Position numbers and translations under genes: made by a program. The notes beneath the pieces were generated by a model. It saw only the letters and a list, made by a program, of their open reading frames with translations, did not search any database and was not told the origin of the DNA. This document shows positions 54,014 through 62,770 of a stretch of 64,000 nt of DNA, piece after piece; within the stretch, counting starts at the first letter, position 1, and every line of letters begins with the position of its first letter. This stretch comes from an uncultured Gemmatimonadales bacterium (GTDB lineage Bacteria > Gemmatimonadota > Gemmatimonadetes > Palauibacterales > Palauibacteraceae), in NCBI GenBank assembly GCA_963783385.1, contig CAWANJ010000002.1:320001-384000 (forward strand). The letters are read 5' to 3'.

Positions 54014-54595
54014 CTAGCCGCCCGTGCACGCTTGAAATGCGTCCCAGATCCTTGCGACGGTTCCAACGACCGGTAGAAGGCGAAGGAGCGTGCCTCCCGT
54101 TCCGTGGCCGCTCGTCACCGTAAGCCCAGTCTTCGCTGACGCCACTTCGGCGATTGCGGGGTCAGCCGTCACTAACCTGACACCAGTACTGACTGCTGAG
54201 GAAATGGTAGTCTGCAGGCCAGCCGCTTTGATCAAGGCAGCCGGAGGAGCTACCGCATCGGCCACGGACCAGCCCCGCGCCAGATTGGTGGTCACATCGC
54301 CGACGAATGCCGTACCTACTTCACCTCCCAAGGCGGCACCACGGAGTGCAATGCCCGTTCCTGCACTCGCGATCACCAGCCCATCCAAAGCAGCCGACAA
54401 CAGAGCGTCTCCAATGGCATGACCGCAATTGGTGCTAGCCGCGCGGAACGCACCGGCTGTAGATAGCGCAGCGTCCCCACCGACGCCTCCGGCAGCAGCG
54501 GCACCCTGCAGAGCCCCGAGGAACCAATCGGACCCCCGCGTGCCGACGGAGCCCATGAAGTTGCGACCGCCATACGACGAGCCCGACGCGACGTC
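54014..54595 (-). pseudogene. Orphan toxin tail (Gly/Ala-rich, hydrophobic) cut off from its Rhs core at an IS end
   Basis: Same Gly linker and C...C layout as the other tails. 5' boundary coincides with the IS terminus at 54596. Confidence 0.65.
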
Positions 54596-54991
54596 TGTCA
54601 ATGGACGCCAAGTCTCACGATGTTAGCGGACGCCTACTTTTACGACCCTGCTCCTGCTCCTGATGGTTCACCTCCGGGTTCGGGTGTGCCGGGACGGGCC
54701 CTCATTTCATGAGCCGCTCGAGGTCCCGGAGCCGGTAGCTCCTGCCCTTGATGTTGAGGACGTGGCAGTGGTGGAGCAGCCGGTCGAGGAGGGCGGTGGC
54801 CATGACCTCGTCGCCGGCCAGGACCTCGGGCCAGTCCTTGACGGCCTTGTTGGTGGTGATGAGGATCGAGCCTTTCTGGTAGCGGTAGCTCACGAGGCGA
54901 AAGAGGAGACTGGCCTCGAGCCGGGTGAGCGGCTGGAAGCCGACCTCGTCGATGATCAGCAGGGCCACGTTCATGTACTTCTTGGCGCGCA
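54596..54991 (-). mobile_element. istB: Truncated IS21 copy (one end plus 3' part of istB)
   Basis: TGTCAATGGACGCCAAGTCTCACGATGTTAGCGGACGC is identical to the sequence at 47573. The istB C-terminus is nearly identical but carries substitutions. Confidence 0.9.
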
Positions 54992-55598
54992 GGCTGGCCT
55001 GGCAAGATCGCGAGGCGGTCAATCACCGCGCCATCTCACTGTGAGACCCAGCGGCCGGCTCCATCGCAAGAAGGCGTCGACACAGAGACGCGTTAGAGCC
55101 AAGGGGCCCGATGCGACAGCCCACGAACAGCGCTCTTCTGCCTTCATGTGCACGAAGGAACCACCGATCATCTTGAAGAAGTCCAAGTCTAGTGCATTGA
55201 CAGCGGAGTCCACTTGTGCCGGCCGACACACGCATCCCGCCCGGCCATAAAGACCGTCTTTGCCGAGAGCGCAATCCGGGCCCAAACCAACGGAGTCGCC
55301 TCCTTTCGGTCCTATCGCACATTCGGGTCAAAGACCCGACGGACTCCCTACTTTCGCAGACTGACCACTCGCAACGTCGCAACTCCCCAGACAACAGGCT
55401 ATCATAGGGAATCAACTCCGCGACATACCCCCAGGGCTTCGCGATTGGCACGCCTCGTCCCCCAGCTGAATCCCCTTGGCTGCACGCACGGCGCTGACGA
55501 GCCTGCTGACCGCACGCAACGCCCTTCTATCGTGTGACATACATGGGTGCGCCCCCAGACGGCTCCCTGCCGTTGTCCATAGGGAATGCTCGCTCGGC

Positions 55599-56096
55599 CT
55601 ATCCAATTCCCACAAAGACGCCGACAATCATGACACCCATTGCGAGGCCGATTAGCAGTCGAGAGACGACCTGGAACTTCCTGCCCTCGGGGGCGAAAGC
55701 CGATAGCGGTGCGAAGAGAGTCCGTGTCCGAAACCTGTGCCTCGTTTCAGCGTCAGGAATATAGCGAAGACCGAAATGTGCAAGAACACTTCCAGCCAAG
55801 CCAAGTATGCCTGCCACTCCGATAATAGGCCACAGCCGTGGTGGGAGGCTGCTCGTCGCTCCCGCGAGGAAGTGCGCATACAATATGAGTAGAGCCACGC
55901 CTAGGAACGCAAATGCAAGAGTCTTATAGAGCAGGCCAGTTGGCTGATACTGCGACAACGGTGCCCAAAAGCCCTTCCTTCGAAGCGATTCTCGCCCGTC
56001 GCCGTCCCTCGCATGGTAACTCGCCAGCCAATTGGCCACGTTGGCGGCGATCACAGCGGCGATTATGCCTATAGTGGGCCAGTCCAAGCTCTCCAT
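55599..56096 (-). CDS. Putative 4-TM immunity protein
   Basis: Follows the toxin tail. Internal two-fold repeat (FWAPLSQYQPTG / LFAPLSAFAPEG). Confidence 0.68.
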   Translation of the reverse strand: MESLDWPTIGIIAAVIAANVANWLASYHARDGDGRESLRRKGFWAPLSQYQPTGLLYKTLAFAFLGVALLILYAHFLAGATSSLPPRLWPIIGVAGILGLAGSVLAHFGLRYIPDAETRHRFRTRTLFAPLSAFAPEGRKFQVVSRLLIGLAMGVMIVGVFVGIG

Positions 56097-56118
56097 CCGT
56101 CTCTCCCGTGCTTCGCAG

Positions 56119-57085
56119 CTAGAAGGCGAAACACCCGGTGTGTCCGCCGAACGACGTCATGTTCACGAAGAGACCCGCTCCACCTCCTGCGTTGAAACCA
56201 GTGCCGGAGAACTTGTGGTTGAGGAAGACGGCATTGGCCCCAAAGTCGCCGTAGCTTCCTTCCAGTTCGATGCTGCCGCCGCCACCGGCCTTGAAGCTCA
56301 ATGCCACCAAGTCGTCAACGCCACCTGTCTGCACCGACACTTCGGCTCCACCCTCCGCTCCATAGCCGAAGGATGGGCCACCATGCCAATACAGAGCATA
56401 TGTATGAGAATGTGTGTTGTCCGAGCCAATAGCCAGCCCGCCTTCTAGGTTTCCACCAAAGCCCTGAGCGTAGATAGTGCCCGCGCCGACACTGTATGTG
56501 CCATTGAGAGAGATGGACTCCGTTACGCCTGTGGCGCAGGTGGTCCGATGCGGAAGGTGTTTCTTGATGAAGGCTGCCGCCTTCACAGCGAAGCCACCGA
56601 AATCACCTTGGCTGAGCATGCCTGCCGTCACCGCCAGGGAATTCCACATGCTGCCAAGGGAGATGCTCTCTGCAAGGGCAAAGGCATAGGCGGCTCCGCC
56701 CCACCGAGACTCGACCGGGACGTGGAGTCCTTGCACTCGATGGACCGGGCAGTCCCATGCGCCCGCGGTGCAGGTGGGCTCGAGCCCACTCGGATCGGTC
56801 CCATTGACCGGACTGTCCCCCACGTAGGCGTACGGATTGATCCCCGCCGAGAGCCCGAGCGGGTCCTCGCTGATGAAGCGCCCCAGCCCGGGATCGTAGT
56901 ACCGGGCCCGCACGTAGGAGAGGCCGGTATGCTTGTTCCACGCGAGGCCGGCGTAGCGCAGCGGGTTGGTCACCGAGCCCGTGGCCACCTGCGGCTCGCC
57001 CCACGGATCGTAGCGGTCCTGGTTCTGGACGCCCGAGCCGTCGAACAGGCCCTCGACCGAGCCGAGGTCGTCGGTGGCGTAGCTC
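56119..57085 (-). CDS. Orphan Rhs core end (diverged variant) plus Gly-rich beta-type tail
   Basis: YATDDLGSV...ARYYDPGLGRFISEDP...GTDPSG followed by a Gly/aromatic alternating tail. Confidence 0.8.
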
Positions 57086-57315
57086 AGCTGGACTTCCCTC
57101 GCGTCCCGACCGACGCTAGCGTTCAGATCGAGAACTCCAGTCGAATGCCGCAGAGGTGCGGTCGCCAACCCGAGACCCACGCCACCTCCGAAGACCTAAG
57201 CCACCGCGTCAGCGATGACCTCCAGACGGCGTGAGGGTGGCCTCGCGTCGCCGTGCGACAATCGGCCCGAACGTGGCGCAATCCAGCTCACTATGTCCGG
57301 AGCGGGTGGAAATCC

Positions 57316-57903
57316 CTACAGGGCCTCCCCGTGCGAATCGGATTCCCACCTGACAGGAATGTGGCGAGCTATAGCTTCAAGAGCTTTCCTGTCCAGCTTG
57401 CTGGCAATGCTGTTGATGGACAAGAAGCCAGCTCTTTCAAGCAGCATACGCCCTCCCGCAGGCTCGAAGCGAAGCACGACCCACCGCAGAATCATGTAGC
57501 GCTCCTGAACGCATACACTTCGGTACCGCTCCCAGGGAAGGAAGAGGCCACCTCCCACAATACCATACTGACCAATACGGTATGACAGCAGTTCCCACCT
57601 GCGGATGCCGTGAATCATGAACCAAGTCGAAGCCACGAGGGCGAGCAACAGGCCGTACTCTGATAGTGCATGCGTCCATCCGCCTCGACCATTGAGAGCC
57701 TGACGCAGCAGATTCACTCCTACCAAGGCTAAGAGGATCAGCGACGCGGACTCGCACAGCACGAGCAGCGCATTCCATATCCCCCGGAGTCGAACGGTAA
57801 CCTCCACCTCGCCAACTCGGCCTTCAGCACTGGAAAGCCTTGCGGCCAATACGAATGCTGCCGGAGAGATGGCCAATAGCCACATGATAATGTCCGAAAG
57901 CAT
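57316..57903 (-). CDS. Putative membrane immunity protein for the lead Rhs
   Basis: Directly downstream of the lead Rhs. About 3 TM segments plus a small C-terminal domain. Confidence 0.65.
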   Translation of the reverse strand: MLSDIIMWLLAISPAAFVLAARLSSAEGRVGEVEVTVRLRGIWNALLVLCESASLILLALVGVNLLRQALNGRGGWTHALSEYGLLLALVASTWFMIHGIRRWELLSYRIGQYGIVGGGLFLPWERYRSVCVQERYMILRWVVLRFEPAGGRMLLERAGFLSINSIASKLDRKALEAIARHIPVRWESDSHGEAL

Positions 57904-57957
57904 GATCTTACCAGGTTTGAGTTTCCGAACAGCCGAAGGCGGGCATGAATGTCGGCT

Positions 57958-60258
57958 TCACTGAAGACAGGCCGCAGTCGGATTGGGAGTTCCAGTGAGT
58001 TCATTAGAGACATAGGCCGTGGTAGCGGCCTCGCCGAGCGCACTTAGGAGCATCACACGCGGTTCATAAATATAGGATATGCCACTGAAGACCAAGCCGA
58101 CGAATGCACCTACCTTCGCTCTCTTCTTCCGAGAGGGCGAAACGTCCGCGGCGTCTATGTCCCGCCACGTGGCTCGAGCAGCTTGAACATCAAAGAACAG
58201 ATTTAGCACGGTGCCCGGCCCAGGAAAGGCTTGGAAAGGTGCGAGATCGAGGACCTCGTAGAGGGCCCGACCGCAAGGATCGTCTAGGGCATCTGCCGGC
58301 TTGCTCACGCCTGCGCGGCCTCCGCTTCCACCCACTGTCGCTGCGGGGTCGGGGCCAAATCCTATTGGCTGCTGCCTTCCCCGATGTCCGAAGTTCTTAG
58401 TAAAACCAGACGTGCGGGGCGTATCAAACGGCCACGCTCCACTCGTGCCGCTGGACTCGACCCACACCCACGCGATTCCGCCGTGGTCGCACACCAAGTG
58501 GAGCCCGTCGTCCATTTGGATCAGGATGCAATTTACCGGATCCATCCCCGACGGATCGGTCCCGTTCACCGGGCTGTTCCCCACGTAGGCGTAGGGGTTG
58601 ATGCCGGCCGCGAGCCCGAGCGGATCCTCGCTGATGAAGCGTCCGAGCTCGGGGTCGTAGGAGCGGGCGCCCATGGCGTAGAGGCCCTCGTGCCAGTCGA
58701 GCATCGAGCCGGCCCAGCGCAGCCAGTTGGACACGGTGGTCGAGCCGTGCTGGGCGTTCCCCCAGGGGTCGTAGCGGTAGTCGTTGGCCACGCCCGAGGC
58801 GCCGAACAGCCCGAGGACGGAGCCGAGGTCGTCGGTGGCCAGGTAGTAGGTCTCCGCGTCGGCGCGCAGGCTGTGGGGCGGGGCGCCGCCGGGGAAGTAG
58901 GCGTAGGTGGCCTTGAGCGCGGTGGCCCCGGCGTAGACGGCGAACAGGGAGCTTCCGTCCCACAGGAAGTGGAGGACGTAGCCGGTCTTGCCGCGCTCGA
59001 CGCGGCGGCCGAAGCCGTCGTACTCGTAGCGCCACACGGTGTCGCCGTCGGCGATACTGTCGAGGCGGCCCGTGGGGCTCCAGTAGAAGCTCTCGTCGAC
59101 CCCGTTCCCGGACTTGGAGGTGAGCCGGCCGGCGGCGTCCCAGGTGAGGCTGTAGCCGGCGAAGGAGCTCGGCCGGTCGGCCGTGTCGATCACGGCGCCG
59201 TGGTCGGTGCGATTCCCCACCGCGTCGTAGGCGTAGAGCGCCGAGTCGGCGACCGTGTAGCCCGAGTTGAAGCTGCAGTCGTTGGGATCGATCGAGCCCG
59301 GCGTGCAGGTCACCCCCGCGTTGGCCACGCGGTCCACGTAGCTGGTGAGCCGGCTCTCACTGTCGTACGTATAGGCCCGGCTCGTGTCCTCGCTCGCCCC
59401 CCGGTAGACCGCGGTCCGCCGGCCGAGCGAGTCCTCGCTGAACGCCTGCCCGAACTTCGCCTCGAGGACGGAGCTGCTCCACGAGAGGGACCCCGTCCGG
59501 TGGGAGGAGGCCACGCCGCGCCACAGCGTGTCGCCGGTCGGGTAGATCACTTTCGTGGTCTGGCGGTCCGCGTCGTAGGCGAAGGTCGTCGCCTGCCCCC
59601 CGGCGTCGATGAGGGAGTCCAGCCGGCCCTGGTCGTCGTACCGGTAGCCCACCGAATCGGTCCACGGGGTCGTCGCGGCGATCTCGGCCCGGCGGCCCTC
59701 CCCGTCGTACCGGCTGTGCAGGACGTAGCGGGTAGAGCCCCGGCGGGTGATCTGGTCCACCACGCGGCCCGCGGCGTCGTAGGTCACCGTGTCCGTGCTC
59801 GCGGCGTTGGAGGCGGCGACGAACAGGCCGTCGGGATCCGTCGTGAACGTGGTGGTGTCGCCCCCCTCGGCGCGCCACGCCAGTTGGCCCAGGGCGTCGT
59901 AGCCGAAGCCCACGGTCTGACCGACCCGGTTCGTCCAGCTCGTGATCCGTCCGTTCGCATCGTAGGCGTACGCGTCGGCGTGGCCGGCGGGATCGGTGCG
60001 CCCGGTGATCCAGCCCAGGGCGTTCCGGTCGAACGAATAGGTCTGTCCGAGGGCGTCGGTCACTCCCGTGACGTAGAGCGAGTCGTACGACAGGCGCGTG
60101 GTGTCCCCCAGGGGGCCGACCGTGAGGGTCACCCGGTTCAGCGTGTCGTAGGCCGTGGTGGCGGTGTGACCGTCGGCGTCGGTGACCTGGACGGTCCGGC
60201 CGTGATCGTCGTAGGCGTAGCGCGTGGTCCTCGCCTCGCTCGACAGCGTCGAGTCCAC
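57958..60258 (-). CDS. Lead Rhs/YD-repeat protein (766 aa) with hydrophobic toxin tail
   Basis: Many YD repeats, Rhs-associated core, PVNGTDPSG. No signal peptide or PAAR/VgrG-type domain. Confidence 0.9.
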   Translation of the reverse strand: MDSTLSSEARTTRYAYDDHGRTVQVTDADGHTATTAYDTLNRVTLTVGPLGDTTRLSYDSLYVTGVTDALGQTYSFDRNALGWITGRTDPAGHADAYAYDANGRITSWTNRVGQTVGFGYDALGQLAWRAEGGDTTTFTTDPDGLFVAASNAASTDTVTYDAAGRVVDQITRRGSTRYVLHSRYDGEGRRAEIAATTPWTDSVGYRYDDQGRLDSLIDAGGQATTFAYDADRQTTKVIYPTGDTLWRGVASSHRTGSLSWSSSVLEAKFGQAFSEDSLGRRTAVYRGASEDTSRAYTYDSESRLTSYVDRVANAGVTCTPGSIDPNDCSFNSGYTVADSALYAYDAVGNRTDHGAVIDTADRPSSFAGYSLTWDAAGRLTSKSGNGVDESFYWSPTGRLDSIADGDTVWRYEYDGFGRRVERGKTGYVLHFLWDGSSLFAVYAGATALKATYAYFPGGAPPHSLRADAETYYLATDDLGSVLGLFGASGVANDYRYDPWGNAQHGSTTVSNWLRWAGSMLDWHEGLYAMGARSYDPELGRFISEDPLGLAAGINPYAYVGNSPVNGTDPSGMDPVNCILIQMDDGLHLVCDHGGIAWVWVESSGTSGAWPFDTPRTSGFTKNFGHRGRQQPIGFGPDPAATVGGSGGRAGVSKPADALDDPCGRALYEVLDLAPFQAFPGPGTVLNLFFDVQAARATWRDIDAADVSPSRKKRAKVGAFVGLVFSGISYIYEPRVMLLSALGEAATTAYVSNELTGTPNPTAACLQ

Positions 60259-60346
60259 GCCCGTCTCACGACGGGCGCGTCGTTTCGAATCGCGCCTCTA
60301 CTTGGAGCCGGCCGACGATCGGCTCGAGACTCATACCGATACGATA

Positions 60347-60375
60347 CGGATAGCAGACTCGGGCGAAATAGTCAA
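60347..60375 (-). promoter_or_regulatory. Candidate sigma70-type promoter for the Rhs array
   Basis: Minus strand TTGACT-N17-TATCCG with a TG extension, in a lower-GC intergenic stretch about 90 bp upstream of the Rhs GTG. Confidence 0.4.
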
Positions 60376-60707
60376 GGCTCTCGGAGGCGTTTTTTCGATT
60401 CCTGACTCCACAACACGCATGGTGACATAGGCTTATGAATGACGGACACGGCGGTGGTATCGGCCATCGGCGCGACCGATTCGCGAAATGAACGGGTCTT
60501 GCGCCCCGGGGGACGCGACGCCAGCCGCACGGTTCGGGGTCGGATCGACCCGGGGGCCACGAGGTCACCACGGCGCGAGGGCCCGGGTGGAGAGACCTGC
60601 CCGCTCCCTCGACGGAGCGCCCCTCGAAGCCCTACCTTGCTGGGCTGGAAGCGGAGACGACACGGCGCGGCCGCGGGCCGCGCCTGGACGATAGCATCGG
60701 GACGCTC

Positions 60708-61130
60708 ATGGCCGAACGAAAGATCCGGGTCCTGGTGGCCAAGCCCGGCCTGGACGGACACGACCGCGGCGCCAAGGTGATCGCCGCCTCCCTGCAGGAC
60801 GCCGGCATGGAGGTCATCTACACGGGCCTGCACCAGACGCCCGAGCAGATCGCCTCGACGGCGCTCCAGGAGGACGTCGACGTGGTGGCCCTGTCGATCC
60901 TGTCCGGGGCGCACATGACGCTGTTCCCCCGCGTGAAGAAGGAGCTGGAGGAGCGGGGGCTGGACGACGTCCTCATCACGGGGGGCGGCATCATCCCGAA
61001 GGAGGACATCGAGGCGCTCGGGGAGCAGGGCATCGGGCGGCTATTCGGGCCGGGGAGCCCGACGACGGACGCGATCGACTACATCCGCTCCTGGTACGAG
61101 GAGAACCGCGCGGGCGTCGGGGACGCATGA
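60708..61130 (+). CDS. Acyl-CoA mutase cobalamin-binding (small) subunit
   Basis: [11 protein letters not shown]12-binding motif, SILSGAH, GGGIIP. Confidence 0.95.
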   Translation: MAERKIRVLVAKPGLDGHDRGAKVIAASLQDAGMEVIYTGLHQTPEQIASTALQEDVDVVALSILSGAHMTLFPRVKKELEERGLDDVLITGGGIIPKEDIEALGEQGIGRLFGPGSPTTDAIDYIRSWYEENRAGVGDA

Positions 61131-62743
61131 GCCCCGAGGGCGGAGGCCCCCTCCGGGCTCTGGCCGCGGAGGTCCGTGCCCTCGAAGAGCGCCTGGAGCG
61201 GGGCGGCGGCGACAAGCGCATCGAGCGCCAGCACTCGAAGGACAAGCTCACGGCGCGCGAGCGGGTCGAGCTCCTGGTGGATCCGGGCGGCTGCTTCCTC
61301 GAGATCGGCCTCCTGGTGGCCTACGACCGCTACGACGGGGAGGCTCCGGGCGCCGGCGTGGTGACCGGTGTCGCCGAGGTCGAGGGCCGCGAGGTGGTCG
61401 TGGTGGCCAACGACGCCACCGTGAAGGCGGGCTCGTGGTGGCCGGAGACGATCACCAAGATCCTCCGGGCCCAGGAGATCGCCATGCGCTGCCGGGTCCC
61501 CATCGTCTACCTGGTGGACTCGGCCGGCGTGAACCTTCCCTACCAGGGGGGCGTGTTCCCGGGGCAGTACGGCGCCAGCCGCATCTTCTACTACAACTCG
61601 ATCATGCGGCACTACCTGGAGGTGCCGCAGCTCTCGGCCGTCATGGGGCCCTGCATCGCGGGCGGCGCCTACCTGCCGGCCCTCTCCGACGTGATCGTCA
61701 TGGTGGAGGGCTCGAGCTTCATGGGGCTGGGCGGGCCCAATCTGGTGAAGGGGGCCACGGGGCAGGAGGTGGAGGCCGAGGAGCTGGGCGGAGCCCTCAC
61801 GCACAACGCCATCAGCGGCGTGGCGCACTACCGGGTCGAGGACGACCGCGCCTGCATCGCCCGGCTCCGTGAGCTCGTGTCCGAGCTGCCGCCGGCCGAG
61901 CGGTTGGAGCCGTCGGCCGCCGCGGCCCCCCCGGCCCGCGACCCGTCGGACGCCTACGACCTCTTCCCCGAGAACCACCGGCAGCCCTACCGCATGGAGG
62001 ACGTGCTCGACACGATCCTCGACGAGAGCTCGCTGGAGGAGTTCCAGGCCGACTTCGCCCGCGAGATGCTGACGGGGGTGGGGAGCCTGATGGGCCACCG
62101 GGTCGGCGTCATCGCCAACCGGCGAGGGATGTTCAAGGCGAAGGACGGCGGGGCGCCGCGCTTCGGCGGCATCGTGTACGCGGACAGCGCCGAGAAGGTG
62201 GCCTACTTCATGGACACCTGCGACCGGCACCGGATTCCGCTGCTGTTCGTGCAGGACGTGAGCGGCTTCATGGTCGGGACGGAGGCCGAGCACTCGGGGA
62301 TCATCCGGGCCGGCGCGCGCATGGTGGAGTCCATGGCCTGCGCCCGCGTGCCCAAGATCGTCCTCACCCTGAACCACGCCTCGGGGGCCGGTTACTACGC
62401 CATGGCGGGGCAGGGCTTCGACCCCGACTTCATCTTCACCTGGCCCTCGGGGCGCATGGGCGTCATGGAGGGCGAGTCGGCCGTGCGCGCCATTTACGGG
62501 CCCAGGCTGGACGCGGCGGCCGCCAGCGGCGAGGCGCTCGACGACGACACGCAAGAGGCCATCGAGCACACGCGCCAGGAGTACGAGCGCCAGCTCGACG
62601 CCCGCTACGCGGCGGCCCGCGGCTTCGTGGACGCCATCATCTACCCGGAGGAGACCCGCGACGTGCTCGAGTTCGCGCTGCGCACCGCGCTCAACAACCC
62701 GGCGCCCCACATCGGGGCCTTCACGCTCCCCGACAATGCGTAG
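61127..62743 (+). CDS. Acyl-CoA carboxylase carboxyltransferase subunit (MCC/PCC beta-like)
   Basis: [36 protein letters not shown]. Confidence 0.92.
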   Translation: MSPEGGGPLRALAAEVRALEERLERGGGDKRIERQHSKDKLTARERVELLVDPGGCFLEIGLLVAYDRYDGEAPGAGVVTGVAEVEGREVVVVANDATVKAGSWWPETITKILRAQEIAMRCRVPIVYLVDSAGVNLPYQGGVFPGQYGASRIFYYNSIMRHYLEVPQLSAVMGPCIAGGAYLPALSDVIVMVEGSSFMGLGGPNLVKGATGQEVEAEELGGALTHNAISGVAHYRVEDDRACIARLRELVSELPPAERLEPSAAAAPPARDPSDAYDLFPENHRQPYRMEDVLDTILDESSLEEFQADFAREMLTGVGSLMGHRVGVIANRRGMFKAKDGGAPRFGGIVYADSAEKVAYFMDTCDRHRIPLLFVQDVSGFMVGTEAEHSGIIRAGARMVESMACARVPKIVLTLNHASGAGYYAMAGQGFDPDFIFTWPSGRMGVMEGESAVRAIYGPRLDAAAASGEALDDDTQEAIEHTRQEYERQLDARYAAARGFVDAIIYPEETRDVLEFALRTALNNPAPHIGAFTLPDNA

Positions 62744-62770
62744 GCGGCGGACGCGCTCCAGGGGGCGCGC

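Noticed and set aside
54596-55202. MITE-like element bounded by TGTCAATG...CATTGACA
   Set aside because: Only an 8-10 bp inverted match and no target duplication. Kept only as a weak note.
44489-59340. Repeated Rhs segments as a CRISPR array, DGR template/variable pair or integron cassette array
   Set aside because: The repeats are long coding Rhs cores. No short regular repeat-spacer units, reverse transcriptase, adenine-specific variation, integrase or attC-like sites are seen.
60260-60700. Cobalamin riboswitch or other ncRNA upstream of the B12-binding subunit
   Set aside because: Hairpins are present but no recognisable B12-box or other family consensus by eye. An Rfam covariance search would be needed.
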